Assembly: GCA_030141605.1 (NCBI GenBank) | Contig: JAQGDQ010001048.1 | Span: 3,787-67,786 of the forward strand | Source: Tubiluchus corallicola | Taxonomy: Eukaryota > Animalia > Priapulida | Reading direction: 5' to 3' | Length of the DNA stretch: 64,000 nt | Shown here: positions 12,921 through 26,456 of the stretch, in pieces | How the letters are laid out: each line of letters opens with the position of its first letter | Position numbering within the stretch: position 1 is the first letter of the stretch | Translations under genes and position numbers: made by a program | Notes under the pieces: generated by a model | Database searches by the model: none | What the model saw: only the letters and a program-made list of their open reading frames with translations | Told to the model about the DNA's origin: nothing

Positions 12921-14520
12921 TATGAGAATGAATGATGATGGATGAAAGTTGACGCATGATGAAATGGAAATAGAGACAATTATGCAAAATCAGTAAAGTG
13001 AAAATTCATCTTAAATTACTGTTGGTGATTAACAAGCTAGAGTCTGGTACTGCCACAAGTATTCACAATCTCAGAGAAGAATTTAGATGCCGCCAAAATC
13101 AGAAAGAATGGTCCACAGGGAACACAAGTTTGTTTAAAGACCTCGTCATACTAAATATTGCAAACATGGCCGTCGAAAAAACTATGCAAAGACAGGGAGA
13201 CTAAATCGGATGTCAGTGTCAACACAAATCGTGCACGCTCACATGTGAACCAACCATTAGCACCATAATCACGGGCAGTTAAAACGTTACAGATTAGCGC
13301 ACATCCTGCCAGCTATAGCCGCACTTAATGACGCAGTCATAGTGAATTATTAATGAAAGTTTGCATTGCCACGGCAAATATCTGGGTGCCAAACTGCTTA
13401 ATATTAATGCTCTTCAGGCATTTATAAATAATGTGTGCACGTATGACGACTAAATGTGCAATTATAATGCTCGCAAAGCATGTCACAACATCCTCTTTCT
13501 AGCATCGACGTTGAAATTTTTTTCTATAAGTAATTTAGAGCACAGGATTTGATGGCCATTAAAGCTGTTACCCCGCTATAATTTATGGACTTGCTACGCT
13601 GAATACTAGTAGTGCTATAAAACAACGTAAATCACACAGAAATGCTGAAATTACACAAAGAAACTTTGAACTTTCAAAAAAAGTAGAAGGGATGTGTTTT
13701 CTACGGTACACTTGCACTTCAAAAAGAAATCTTTGCATCTTATTAAGGACAAAAATGCTCGCGCATGAATGGAAAGTTTGTAATTTTGAAAAGAAATTCT
13801 ATAATTTTGAAGAAATACCTCTCACTTTCAAAGAAAATTTTCTGCATAATAAAGTTTGTGCTTGTAGTCTGCATTTTGAAAAATAATTTTTTTGTTTCGA
13901 ACAAAAAGTTTTGAATTTTTAAAAAGAAACCACACTTTTGAAGGCACTAGTATTTCAGAAACAACTTTTGCACATCTGACAAAACTATGTACTACAAAAA
14001 AATATAAAAAGGAAGATTTTTTGCCCTTAAAAAGAAACGTTTTGATTTGCATGAAAATTTTGCAACTTATGAAAAAACATAAAAAATTCGCAACTTATGA
14101 AAAAAACATAAAAAATTCGCAACTTATGAAAAAACATTGCACTATTAATCAGACAGCGCCGATGAAAAAACGTTTATTTCGAGAATACTGCACTTCTGGA
14201 ACTTTGCACTTCGAAGGGAGACTTGCACGCTTACAGAAAGGAGACAAGCCAAGGCGACTAAACACTGCAATACAATTTACAGCTAATTCATGAATTCATC
14301 ATGTTAAAATACATTGGGGAAAATAACGTCCGTATTGATCGTACAGCTCAAATTAAATATTCACAATTGCACGTAATTTGCCAGGCTGGTGTGCTCTTGT
14401 GTAACACACTAAACAGATTAGCAAGAATCGATGCGGATCTAAATAATTAACTTGCAATCTATTTTCACTTCCTCTTCCATTATAAAACCGATCGATTTAA
14501 AAGACAAAATATTTCCACAC

Positions 14521-15340
14521 CTCTCCAGATTGATGGTCAATTTTACAACAGTTTTTGAACATCTTCTATTGCTTTAAACTTATCTAAAGGAAACAACAAT
14601 TCACTCAGTACTGTTATCACTTAAACTTAGAAAAATATAATGAAAAAAATGGGATCGATACCCATTTGGGATCGATGCTTTCAAATGCTATTGGAAAAGC
14701 AATTTTTCACTATCCACTGATGCATTGATATTGTATTGGATAAAATAATATTGTGATTCTTGATTTCAACTATTTTTGTCTTCTTACTTTTACACTTATT
14801 AGTATTAGTAAGCATTAAAGAAAAGAACAAGTCACTCAGTATGTTGGGTTTATTTTACTCTTATCACTTAAACTGTTTGTGGTATGCTAAAGGAAAGAAC
14901 AAGTCACTCAGTGTGCTGGGTTTATTTTACTGTTATCACTTAAACTGTTTGTGGTGTGTTAAAGGAAAGAAGGAGTCACTCAGTGTGTTGGGTTTATTTT
15001 ACTGTTATCACTTAACTGTTTGTGGTGTGCTAAAGGAACGAACAATTCGCTCAGTATGTTGGGTTTATTTTACTGTTATCAGTTAAACTGTTTGTGGTGT
15101 GCTAAAGGAAAGAACAAGTCACTCAGCATGTTGGGTTTATTTCACTGCTATCAGTTAAACTTAGAAAAATATAACAAAGAAATTTACAAAGAACTGCCTA
15201 TAAAGCATAAATTTAAAATATACTATCTCTGCATAGAAATATTCAGGCGCGATGGCAGCCTCCATTCACTTGAAAATCGTGATGTAACTCGGGGATTTCA
15301 TGACTTGTCGTAAGTGCACGCTGTTTAAACTAATTTAAAT
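14521..15340. repeat. Composite repeat with ~68-bp tandem units (locus 2)
   Basis: Same unit and flanking modules as 9893-10695, in a different order. Confidence 0.85.
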
Positions 15341-16079
15341 TTCTGCAGCTTACATAACGTGTGTGAAAAATATCACTATCTAATTTGACGTCTTAACCAT
15401 TACTGCTTCAATTGTAATATTAGTAGAAAAATTCGAGTATAAAAAATAAGCTTTAAAGAAAGACATACATACTACCCCATTTTCAAGTCGGTAAAAGTAT
15501 CCAATTTAACACAAATTAATACTGTAAAAGTGTTTCTGATAGTTAAATAATAGATCAAAACCTTAATTAACAAGTTGTCAAACATCACAAACTAACATGT
15601 CTGAAAGGAGAGGCAGAACAACTGTTTTTTTAGCAATGTGTTTCTGAAATGCAGGTGCTAGTGCCCGTCTAACTAGCGAATGACAAAAAGCATGTAACAG
15701 CAAAGAACTAGTGGCGTGAACGTGAAACTGTGTTTGTGTGGTAATAATTGTTTCACGTAAGTCATTTTTGAAAAGAGTAGATTGTTTTGACCTACAGTTT
15801 AAGATTGGGTCCAGTTTTGCTTTAAACGAGTTTTATTTTATAGGTTTGGAATTTACATAACAGTCCAACAAAAGTGCTGTTGTCGTTTGCATGCTTATAG
15901 ATACTTATTTTTGTTTACGATAACCACGTTATGAAAAGCCTTCGCATCCAAGCACTGTCGACAGGGCGATAAGTTAATGAAAAAAGGTAGTCCCATATTG
16001 CTTGATTTCACCGCAATGGCGGCCATGTTTCAAATCAGGATCTATATGAGATTTAGCAAAGAAGAAGGATTGAAGTGAG

Positions 16080-16330
16080 GTAGTGTCGTCTTACATGGAC
16101 TGGACAAGTCATCAGATTACCACAGGACTCCCCACTTACTACAGCATTACATCAAGCACTAATACCCGTGAAGAAACCAAAACGAGGACAGCTGATCATG
16201 CATTTAGATGTTCTCAAGAAAGACTTATTAAAAATGATGTGAATACTTGGCATGAGGCAGCAGATCAGGAAACGTGGTATCAAATTATGAGTGTCGGTGT
16301 GTTGCATAACGGAAGTAACCAAAGATGATG
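16080..16330 (+). mobile_element. Decayed RTE-like LINE fragment
   Basis: RRLTWTGQVIRL-like and AADQETW motifs with frameshifts. Confidence 0.4.
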
Positions 16331-16796
16331 GTTAAGTTTATCGTGCAATTTTTAAGCTCCTTTTCCGAATTATAAGTACAAATGCGATCGATGCCCGTCA
16401 GCAGTTAAAAAAAGAATCGATGATAGAAAATAAAAACCCAAATCGATTATAACTGATTAATTCAATTAATCAGTTTCACCACTAACTGTGCTGTTTGCGA
16501 TATTGATCAAAAAAGCTTACATATTAAGCGAATTCAATTAACCAAATTTTTTTCAAACTCGGTTTATTTCACCGACAAACAAACAAACTACAATAATGCA
16601 ACTTATACATGTACAACTCTTTTGTATAAATGAAAAAACAATTTTTGACTCTCTAAGAATACTTTATTAAAGTGTTGAAGTTTGCTGCATGGTAGCCACG
16701 AAGGGAACCTTGTCAAGCCACCACAAAATGTGAAACAAAGAATGAAGAATGAAGAAAATGAAAGAAGAGGAGAATAAAGAAGAAAACAAAACTTAC

Positions 16797-16884
16797 TGTG
16801 CTCCAACTCGGCCCTGTTCTTGGCAAGAAATCTTCCACTTTGGGGTCTGTCAAACGGGGAAGACAACTCGGAGGTTGGACTATC
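16797..16884 (-). CDS. unc-76: FEZ/UNC-76 coding exon 4 (variable linker)
   Basis: TTACAG acceptor, DSPTSELSSPFDRPQSGRFLAKNRAELEH, GTAAGT donor. 88 nt, phase 0 to 1, exactly the phase needed to join exon 3 to exon 5. Confidence 0.75.
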
Positions 16885-18049
16885 CTGTAAAAGTATGTAT
16901 AAAAAAGTTAGAAGGAATTCAAAAAAACAAACAGATTCATAAACTATACACACAAAAATAAGTTAGAGATGAACCAGATCCGCTTTTGCCGGTTCCAGAA
17001 TGAATCCGGTTCCGTATGTGCCAGATATGGTGCCGGATCTAGAAATTAATGTAAACGATATTTCATTTGGTTTGCCTTTTGCTCATGTGGTGGCATCGCC
17101 TGTCAATTTCCAAGGTCATTGATTAAGTTTAAGTGGAATCACTGTAAACGTTAATGTAACGTAATTTTGAAAACTTGATCAGCACTTGGTTTAAACTAAA
17201 GAGAAATTCCAAATTGTGCTTTTACTGGGTGGAAGTGAACAGCTCTAAACTTCAAGCAGACATGTTTACAGCAATAGTGCTATCTTTACACTATTTGCTT
17301 CAATGACCCACAGCACGAAGGTTGCTGGTATTGCTTGCACAAGCACGGCAGCAGAAAAACTCAGTGATACTTTCGTAAATTCCTGAACATTTTAATAGAA
17401 ATCATTCAATTCTTTTAAAAAACTAACCCTTTCACTACGGAAGGCGGCACACTGCTGCCTACTTTTTTCTCGTAAGGGAGGCAAGGCGGAAGACTGGCAC
17501 CCCAACTCAGTTACCCAGGTCTGTTTATTTCACTGCTAGTTCAGAAAAGCTTGTGATTGTGATTGTTCGCAACATGTAACGCTAACCAGCCAATTAGCGT
17601 CTGAAGCCAGGTGCATTTCACAAAACTGTACCGTAGAGTACGTTTTCGTGCAAAATTGCTTGTTGATAGTTGGTGAAGCCTGTTTAATCACTTGTTCTGC
17701 ATTCTTTTAAAATAATTGTGTATTATGAATCAGCAATATGTGACTTTTGCAAAAATTGGCTTCTAAATATAAGCATGTGCTTGTTTGAGTGGGTGTGCGC
17801 GCATGCATGAGTGCATATATGTGTGCATGAATATAACTAAAATTAATATTCAATATTACTGTTTAATAACAAACTCTACATTGTCTTCACATTTTTAAGC
17901 TCTGGTCTAGAATGTATTTCCCAACTCTTAGGTTTTCAATTTTCCTCTTAAGACAACGAAGCTTAAACGAAGGCAGTGCAGTAAACTGGATTTTTATAAA
18001 CATTTTAACTACTGGATACAGTAATGTCTCCATGACTAATACCTTAAAC

Positions 18050-18483
18050 CAAGGGTGTGCAAACTGCGGCCCTCGGGCCACTTGAGGCCTACTGAGAGAT
18101 CTTGTGCGGCCGCAAAGAGGTTTGTCAACGTAATGAAAGTATGGCCCACGCGATCCAGCTGAAGTCCATGCCAATATCGCAAAGATAGTGTGGGTAGTTT
18201 TTTTCCTCTAGATCGGATGGCATTAACCCTTATAAGACCGTTGTCACTTAATGTCACTGTCGGACACGACGAAATATATGGTTTTAATATAAATTTTAAT
18301 AACTTCTAAAATAGTTTCTTGAGTGTAGTTAGTGCAGTAGTAATGATGTGCGCAAATCGGATGCAAAAAAAATTGTTATTGGGTCCTACTGTACTTGGCT
18401 CCTTGACCAAACTGCATGTAGCCCACAGGAATTGCGGGAAAGCTTAATGTGACCCGACTAGTCAGATAATTTGCACACCCCTG
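18050..18483. mobile_element. hAT (Charlie-like) MITE
   Basis: TIRs CAAGGGTGTGCAAA / TTTGCACACCCCTG and a perfect 8-bp TSD CCTTAAAC. Confidence 0.85.
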
Positions 18484-18603
18484 CCTTAAACCATCAAGGC
18501 ACTGACTCACCTAAAGTAATGGCTTATTTCCTTTGGATAAACACGGATATCAACAACATGGATTTAAGAAACGTCAGTGAAAATCCTAAACGTGCTCAAT
18601 CTA

Positions 18604-19108
18604 CAGGGATGAGAATGACAAATTGCAAACAACTCTGAAAGAGGCCGGGGTTTTGCGGCCTGGGGTTGAGGGGCAAAGCCCCCTTGAAGCCAGTAACAAA
18701 TTGCAATTTTATGACCATAGAGAGCCCCTAAGTGGACCTAATATCAGTTACCTTGTTTCATGCATAATTTAAAATACCCAACTATCAAGGATACATGATA
18801 CCTAATTGTCTCAAAAAAGGCCTAAGTACTGGCCGCTCCTATGCAAAAGTATATTAACTGTCTGCAATTGATTCAAACAACTCTGCACAATTGATTCTAT
18901 ATTTTCATACATAGAGATATACACGTGTTTACACTGATGTACGTGATGTAAACAAAGTGACGGCCTGCCAACTAGCAGTCAACTTGTGAAATAATGTACT
19001 GGGTCCGTAAAAATTTTCTCAACGAATTTACGCGATTTACAAAAATGGCACTGCTGGTCTTCCATAAAACTCAGAATTCCGCATATCCGCGGAATTTTCT
19101 CATCCTTG
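18604..19108. mobile_element. TIR element with a 6-bp flanking duplication
   Basis: CAGGGATGAGAA ... TTCTCATCCTTG, flanked by AATCTA on both sides. Confidence 0.6.
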
Positions 19109-19135
19109 AATCTACCTGTTCAGGTATTTGCTCAC

Positions 19136-19282
19136 CTGTAATAATTCATCAATTTCCTCAATGACGTCTTCGGCAGACACGACCGGTTCTTGCGGCACTG
19201 ATGATACAATGAGTGAATGCATGTCAAAAGCCTGCGCCAAGTCCTCGTCGTCCGACAAGTCCAAATTGTCATTTGCATTTTC
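19136..19282 (-). CDS. unc-76: FEZ/UNC-76 coding exon 3
   Basis: Not in the ORF track; read manually as ENANDNLDLSDDEDLAQAFDMHSLIVSSVPQEPVVSAEDVIEEIDELLQ (FEZ 'DMHSLI...AE.VIEEI' motif). CTAG acceptor, GTGAGC donor, 147 nt, phase 0 to 0. Confidence 0.92.
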
Positions 19283-19329
19283 CTAGACAAAAAGAAACAA
19301 TGATATAAAACATTGAACTAACTGCTTCG

Positions 19330-19520
19330 CGTTTAGTCATTATCCATTACTAAACAATGGATATCCATTGTTTAGTCATTATCTGTAGTTTAGCCATTAT
19401 CCATTACTAAACAATGGATATCCATTGTTTAGTCATTATCCGTTGCTTAGTCATTATCCATTGTTTAGTTATTATCCATTACTAAACAATGGATGTCCAT
19501 TGTTTAGTCATTATCCATCA
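19330..19520. repeat. Short palindromic tandem repeat
   Basis: Repeated TAGTCATTATCCATT units with a recurring palindrome CTAAACAATGGATATCCATTGTTTAG. Confidence 0.8.
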
Positions 19521-20544
19521 CTACCAGTCTGCACACCTGCTGCGAAAAAAGTCAAAAGGTACGGAAGCTGTGCACAGCATGAACATTGAAACAAAGCACC
19601 AGGTGTCCAAATCACAAATTATCACCAAAGAGAGACCCACTCGGGCAGCGGTTGGCTCATTCTAGGGCAGCGGTTGGCTTATTCTAAGTCACATTCTAAG
19701 GCTTTTCTAAACTCGATTGAAATCTGTGACATTTGGTCAAACTTCGAAATACAGTTCAGACATATAACAATATTCGATTTAAACGAAACAGCTGTAGTAA
19801 TCGATATTTGCGTGAGTAACAACGAGATACTAGCATATACAGTTTATATAGATACGTCAATATTGTTTTATTCTACACACAGAATATACGTTCATCAGGC
19901 CGACGATAAAAATATTTCAGTTTCCGTCTAATCGCTCGAGCAATATTTTTTTATCGCATACCCGCATATTTTTTTATTGCACGTTTTTTATACTTTCATA
20001 TATTTACTTAACATATAACAGCATTTTTTAATTTAAAACGTAAATCGCAATAATTATTATAACATCGTTCTTTCGAGGAATGCAGGAGGCGGCCATTTTT
20101 TTCACGGCTAACTCTCGGCCAGGGTTGCCAGACATACAAAATGGTATTTATAAATATTAAGGTGGACTGTGGGGCCTCGGTCAGAGAACTTTACAATAGT
20201 CAGATGACATGTATAGAAGAACGCTTCGATAAAACAGTAGGCAGCGCGGGACCGGATCGCGGCAGAGAAATCACGGCTCAATTTTGCTAACTGTATGACG
20301 TTCCAAACGTTTTTAATGTGGTTGAAATTCTGGATCGTTCGAATCAACAATCTTAGGTTCAAATCGAATACGAACTAGAAAAACTCGTTCAAACTCGAAC
20401 GTTCAATGCTCACCCTTCGAAGACTCAATGTTCCTAATGCACAGAAGCCATTCATAATTAACGTATCAGGACTCGTTATTTTTTCAAATACTTCATAATT
20501 AATATGCAATGAATGAATTCATAAACAACTTGATGATAAGTTAG

Positions 20545-21335
20545 TCTTTACACGTTACCAGTACACTCGTATCTCGGTTTGCCTGACAAAAGCGAGGAGA
20601 ATCGCATGAGAATCGAATTTTCTCAGCTAAACTACGACCTTTTCTCTAAAGGCTGTAAAGATAATAACAGTCATCCAATATTGCCGAATTGTAACTGTGG
20701 ATTTCGATTTGCGTCTGTTGAACACTTTTTGTTGCACTGCCCATTGTATCAACAAACTAGGGTTGTTATGTTTGATAAACTAAATGAAACGCTTCTGCCC
20801 GTAAACCTTAATATAGCTGCCTTAGGAAACAATGATCTGTTGAAGTTGTTATTATTCGGAAAAGATTAATTTAACTATGTCGCTAACTGTAAAATATTCC
20901 AATGTATACATAACTTTATATTACGTACTAAACGCTTCCAGTAGTTTCTATTTGATATAAAATGCATCAGTGTTAAATAATCGTACATTAATATTTTCTA
21001 ACCGTCATTTTCTACTAATGCCTAATGTAATCTTGTAGTAAAACTTGTCAGCTTGTGTAGTTATGGTCAATTCTTACTGTAAATGTTACTAATGTCTAAT
21101 GTAATCTTGTAGTAAAACTTGTCAGCTTGTGTAGTTATAGTCAATTCTTACTGTAAATGTTACTAATGTCTAATGTAATCTTGTAGTAAAACTTGTCAGC
21201 TTGTGTAGTTATAGTCTATTCTTACTGTAAATGTTCTTGTAAATAGTGTATAAAGTCTGTTGTGAAGATCCTAAATCATGTTATTCAAACTGTCTGATCC
21301 AATCCTATAATAAATTACGTTTAAACTAAAACTAA
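20545..21335 (+). mobile_element. Decayed non-LTR retrotransposon 3' end (CR1-group-like)
   Basis: RMRIEFSQLNYDLF...CNCG...SVEHFLLHCPLY...LLLFG, continuing after a stop into NCKIFQCIHNFILRTKRF (CCHC C-terminus of LINE ORF2). The 3' UTR contains a ~74-bp x3 tandem repeat and AATAAA. Confidence 0.7.
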
Positions 21336-21666
21336 ATACAGTAGGCATGGTGTATCAAACTCACAGTAATGTAGAAACAATCACTCAATTGTCTCAAAAA
21401 CGTCTAGTACGGGCCGCTCGTGACATACAAGCTACACACGTGTCATTATATGCTGCTTGGTTGCACTGATGTGACGATGTAAACAAAGTGACGTCCTGCC
21501 AACTAGCGGTCAGCTTGCGAAAAAACGGACTGTGTCCGTAATATGTGGGACTTTTAACAATCCAGATGTCCGATATCCGTAAAAGCAAGGTCAGGCAAAT
21601 CGAGATACGAGCATTATGGGAGATTGGTATAACATTTGTAAAGCAGAGAAAAAATGTGCTAAGTAC

Positions 21667-21775
21667 CTTTCGCTCGGACAAGTTCAAGGAAGGCATGTGC
21701 AACTGTCGAGCGTACGTTTTTGACCAGTCGATAGGAAGAATGTTACCATAGTTACCAGTGATTGTCCACCACATT
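21667..21775 (-). CDS. unc-76: FEZ/UNC-76 coding exon 2
   Basis: TTCAG acceptor; (Q)MWWTITGNYGNILPIDWSKTYARQLHMPSLNLSERK is a conserved FEZ motif; GTACTT donor; 109 nt, phase 2 to 0, in frame with its neighbours. Confidence 0.93.
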
Positions 21776-22677
21776 CTGAAAGCAAAACACATGCTGTTTA
21801 CCTATAGTAGCCACTTTATAATTATTGGATAACTGATTGCATCTTAAAAGTGATAAAGCTAAACATTTTTTATAATTATATTATACAAAATTATATTGTA
21901 TAATTTTGTATATTGTATTGTATTTATATTGTATATTTTATTAATCATGTTTTATTGTAACACTATAAAGAGATAAATAAATTGAAATTGAATTGAATTC
22001 TGTAAATTATTTTATGTACATTTATTAGGCTAATGTTTAATAAAATACGGTAACCCATGGAACCTCCCCCGGGAAACCAAACTAAGCTATCACACCCTAC
22101 GTTGAAAACTCTTCAAAATGATGAGTAACACCCGTCTCTCTCCTTCCTGTTAGAACTTCAGTTCGCAGTTTTGAAGGTTTTGCAGAGAAACAGGCAAAGA
22201 TGCCATGGATGTTTAGGTTTTTCGTCCGTCGTTTCTCTACACAACACGAATTGGAAAATGGGAGACAAGAGACTTTTTTTGATATCACTTTTTCCAGTAC
22301 TAGTTTAGAAAATGACGCATTATATAAATAAGCATGCCTGGGGGAATTACTGATAGTAGGAGTATTAGATAAATATTCATCGTCTACTAAAGAAAAACAG
22401 TAGTTTAAGGAAGTATGTAATCATATTCTTGGAGTTACATTAGTATAACTGATAAAGCTACAGTATAGAAAACCAAACTAGTATTTGTTTAATTTTACAC
22501 TTAATACCAACTCGAAGTTGGCCTATTAGTCATATAATTATTGGCCGCTGATAAAATTTACTGGTATTAGGTAGCTAATCTCAGTCGTAAACTTACTGTA
22601 CTTAAACTAGTTAATTGTGAAGTATCAATGCAGGGAACTGACAGAATCAATGGACCCTAATTCAAAGTTATACTTAC

Positions 22678-23018
22678 TGGCAGTCGTTCATTATTTCCTC
22701 TTGTGTTCTCACTTGCACAGGGGCAATTTTATCCGTCTTCTCTTCGTAGTTCTTGAAACATTTTGTAATTTTTTCGTCGAAGCAGTTAACCAAGTCCTCA
22801 AGCGAGCCAGAAAATTCGCTGAAATTGTCCACTAATAAATTCTCTGTAGAATCACGAGCCGACACTTGACTTTTTGATTTCACCGATTCTTGGTGCAATT
22901 TATTCGAATTCTGAAAATCCTCTGAACTTTGAAACTCGTTGAAGTCGATCCATTCCTCAGCATCAAATTTGGCCAAAGGAGCTTCGAACTTCAACTCCGC
23001 CATCTTTGCTTCCCTCAT
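22678..23018 (-). CDS. unc-76: FEZ/UNC-76 family protein, first coding exon
   Basis: Translation MREAKMAELKFEAPLAKF...SGSLEDLVNCFDEKITKCFKNYEEKTDKIAPVQVRTQEEIMNDC matches the conserved N-terminus of UNC-76/FEZ1/FEZ2. ATG at 23018, GTAAGT donor at 22677 (phase 2), upstream TTTTTGCAG acceptor ending at 23116. Confidence 0.93.
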
Positions 23019-25060
23019 TGTGTCTGGCGCGAAGTAAACAAGCAGTAGAGCAGATTGATTGATGATTCACGAACAATTTCTCTATCGCCCGCTAGAGACC
23101 GCCACGTACTTATACCTGCAAAAATTGTCTAGTAAAAACTAATCATAAGCCTGGATCTTCTATGGGGTGTTACATTATCAAGTTATATAACCTTATGCTG
23201 AAAGACACCTTGCAAAATAATGATGCCAGCCAATTTGAGCTGAAGCAGTGTAAGTTTTTATTAACTAACACTGATTGATTATCTCTGTAAAGTTTTTATC
23301 AGTGATTATCAATGTTTTAATGACAAATAAAGATTATTATATGCAATAGTGGAGCCATTGAGAACCTAAAATTGAAATTGAGTTCAAAATTAATTATAGT
23401 AGGGAAGACTCGTACGTCTCAGACAGCTTACAATCTGGTGGACGGTCGCTAAATTCGAGCCCCTATTCAAAAACTTTGTGAGTGAATCAAACTCATTGGC
23501 CTGGAAATTCATCCTAAATCGTTCCTGTCGCGACGCATAGGTCGTGAGTTCAATTCTAGGTTTTGTAGTTATTTTTCATTTTTATATTTTGATTAACATT
23601 ACAGTTTTGTTGCTTCAAAATTTTCTTTTACTTTAAATATATTTAGTTTGCTTAATATTTCCTGTTGCTCATAAATAATCTGTACATGTCGATCTGTAGG
23701 TCTTACATCACCTGGCTTGATCACCTGACCTGATATGCATCAGCTGTTAACTGGCTTCTTTGTAAAGTTTATATAAGCTATGAGGTTCTGACTATTTGAC
23801 ACGTGTCAGTTTGATAGTCCACATGTACCTGTCGGAAAATCCGCTTTAAACCAAACCTGGCTTCTTTGGTGGCCTTACAATATTATTTAGATCGTATGCT
23901 TCGTTCATGCATGTGTAACCATGCGTTTAGTTAACCTTGACTAGAAAAAGGAAGTGTCACCTCTGATCGGTGACCACTTATCAGCAGGTACCACAAAGGG
24001 TGGTCCCTTTTTTTCTTGTTTTTTATGCAGGCCTGTATGTGAGATTACTCATTTAAAGTGCTGTGAATTATGTGATTATTTTTGCTATGATTTGTAACTT
24101 AATTTGAAATGTAAAGTGTAACAGTTAAATTTAAATTTTGTTAATAAAGTGCATTATTAGCGTGGCCACAATTTTTACAAATCGTTATATTTCTCTAATG
24201 ACTATTTTTGACTGGATTATTTTCACGGCACATTTAATGCAAAATCACAGGTAAGAGCAAATCAATCAATACCCACTAAGGTTTAAGCGTAATGCAACCT
24301 TTCTGACTGTAATAAGTTAATAGTGCACGATCAGGACAGGCTCTCTCCCTCTCTATAAAGCTATTTGGCATCAAATTCAATTTTTTTTATAGTAGCTTTT
24401 TGCTTATAATGTTTTTTTTGTGATATCTATTATGTTTTTTCCTGTGCAGTAATTGTGATAAAATCGTGTATATGTTTAGTTATTGTGAAGTGAAATCATA
24501 AAAGTTAAGTGACATTATTGTGACAATAAAGATTTTGTTAGCCATGGCTTATATATTAAATTATCTTCAATTTTAATTTTGTTTTTACTCATTGCTGAGA
24601 TTAAATCTGCTGAAACATTAAAATGATAAATTATGCAGGTTAAATACACACAATGAACTACTACATTCTGCTAAGCGTTATGCATGGTTTATTCTGAAAT
24701 ATAAAAACAGTTTAATAAGGTTTACATGTTCTCTTTTTCTTTATGTTCCTAGATTAATCCGGACATTGTCGTCATTATCCCACCTTCAGTCCTTCCTAAT
24801 AGCTCTCCCACCTTTCTATATTTTCTGCCTTCAAAATTAGAAACGTCAAAACTGTAATTAATTTTAATACGGCATTTTCATCTCAAGAAAGACCAAAAAC
24901 ACTTAAAAATGTAGCTAAAACGCCCGTGTAATTTTAGACATGGCAAATAATCTGTTCGCATCGACAGCTTTACAAAAATCACAAAACTTTGTGAGAGCAA
25001 AGGTTACTTGAATAAGTACAGTCATTAATTAAAAACTAAAAAATGCATGATACGACTCAC

Positions 25061-25130
25061 CTAGCAGCCAGCACACAGCCTAGTGTCTTGTGCTCATTTT
25101 CAACCTTCTCAGTAGCTACCTAGATGGCGA
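25061..25130 (-). other. Candidate non-coding first exon of the FEZ/UNC-76 gene
   Basis: Strong minus-strand donor (AG|GTGAGT at 25060) upstream of the acceptor at 23116. The 5' end of the exon is a guess. Confidence 0.4.
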
Positions 25131-25982
25131 ATGCAGAAAGAACAGGGCTGTAAATTCTTCTGGCTAGATGGTTTATGTCCGCTGGAGGTTTACGTTAACT
25201 CCTCGAGTATCTCTTAACGTACTGATTAAACTACAACATCGTGGCGGCTATGTAACTACAAAGTGACCATCGAGGGTTAAGAAAATTACGGATATTTTAT
25301 AACTCCTGTAGGAGCTCACGTGAAAAGCTACCCGACTCAGACCTTGTAGAGATCAATAGTATAAAATGTCAGACAATAGACAACTAGCAATGCAAACCCA
25401 AGTGCATAAAGGTGAAATTATGAAAGAATGAACGCATGATCAAACGAACGAAAGGATAAGTGAATAACGAGTAGTCTAAGACTTAGTAAAATAATTTCAT
25501 AACAACAAAAAGAAAGTTTATCTTGTACTGCTTAAAGGGAAAATCGACAATACTTTGTTATCAGATTTTTATTTCAGTTCTTGTTTCAGTTTTTATTTCA
25601 GTTCAGTTTTATTTCAGTTATTTTCAGTTTGATTTTTTTTATTATGCACTTATTATTACTGTGTATATTATTATAATTGTACTAACACGTTATAAGCATA
25701 TCAATTTAATGTCATTCGTAACAAGTAAATTAACATATTCGTAAAATTGTACTAACACGTTATAAGCATATCAATTTAATGTCATTCGTAACAATTAAAT
25801 CTTTATTATAAGCAGTACTAACACTAATACACTGTAGCATAGCGCCTATAAAAAATGTTTATCACTAACCAAAGGGCAGCTGACTAGATGACCAATTGGT
25901 CTTTCGGTGCCCTTTCTTCACATTTTTGTTTCCAAATTAATTGTCTTATAACTGTGCGTGTGTTACAAGATAAATAAAAAAG

Positions 25983-25983
<1 letters not shown>

Positions 25984-26030
<47 letters not shown>

Positions 26031-26136
26031 GTTATTATTATTGTTATTGTTATTATTATTGTTATTGTTATTGTTATTGTTATTGTTATTGTTATTGTTA
26101 TTGTTATTGTTATTGCTATTGTTATTGTTATTGTTA

Positions 26137-26205
<69 letters not shown>

Positions 26206-26456
26206 TTATTGTTATTGTTATTGTTATTATTATTATTATTATTATTGTTATTGTTATTGTTATTGTTATTGTTATTGTTATTGTTATTGTTATTGTTATT
26301 GTTATTGTTATTTTTATTGTTATTGTTATTGTTATTGTTATTGTTATTGTTATTGTTATTTTTATTGTTATTGTTATTGTTATTGTTATTGTTATTGTTA
26401 TTGTTATTGTTATTGTTATTGTTATTGTTATTGTTATTGTTATTATTATTATTATT
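25984..26456. repeat. (TTA)n/(TTATTG)n microsatellite
   Basis: Seen directly; the poly-N, poly-L and YC ORFs are artefacts. Confidence 0.97.

Noticed and set aside
13600-14300. 133-aa ORF and neighbours
   Set aside because: A-rich degenerate internal repeats (ACTTT..AAAA); no protein-family resemblance and no phase-compatible role in the FEZ model.
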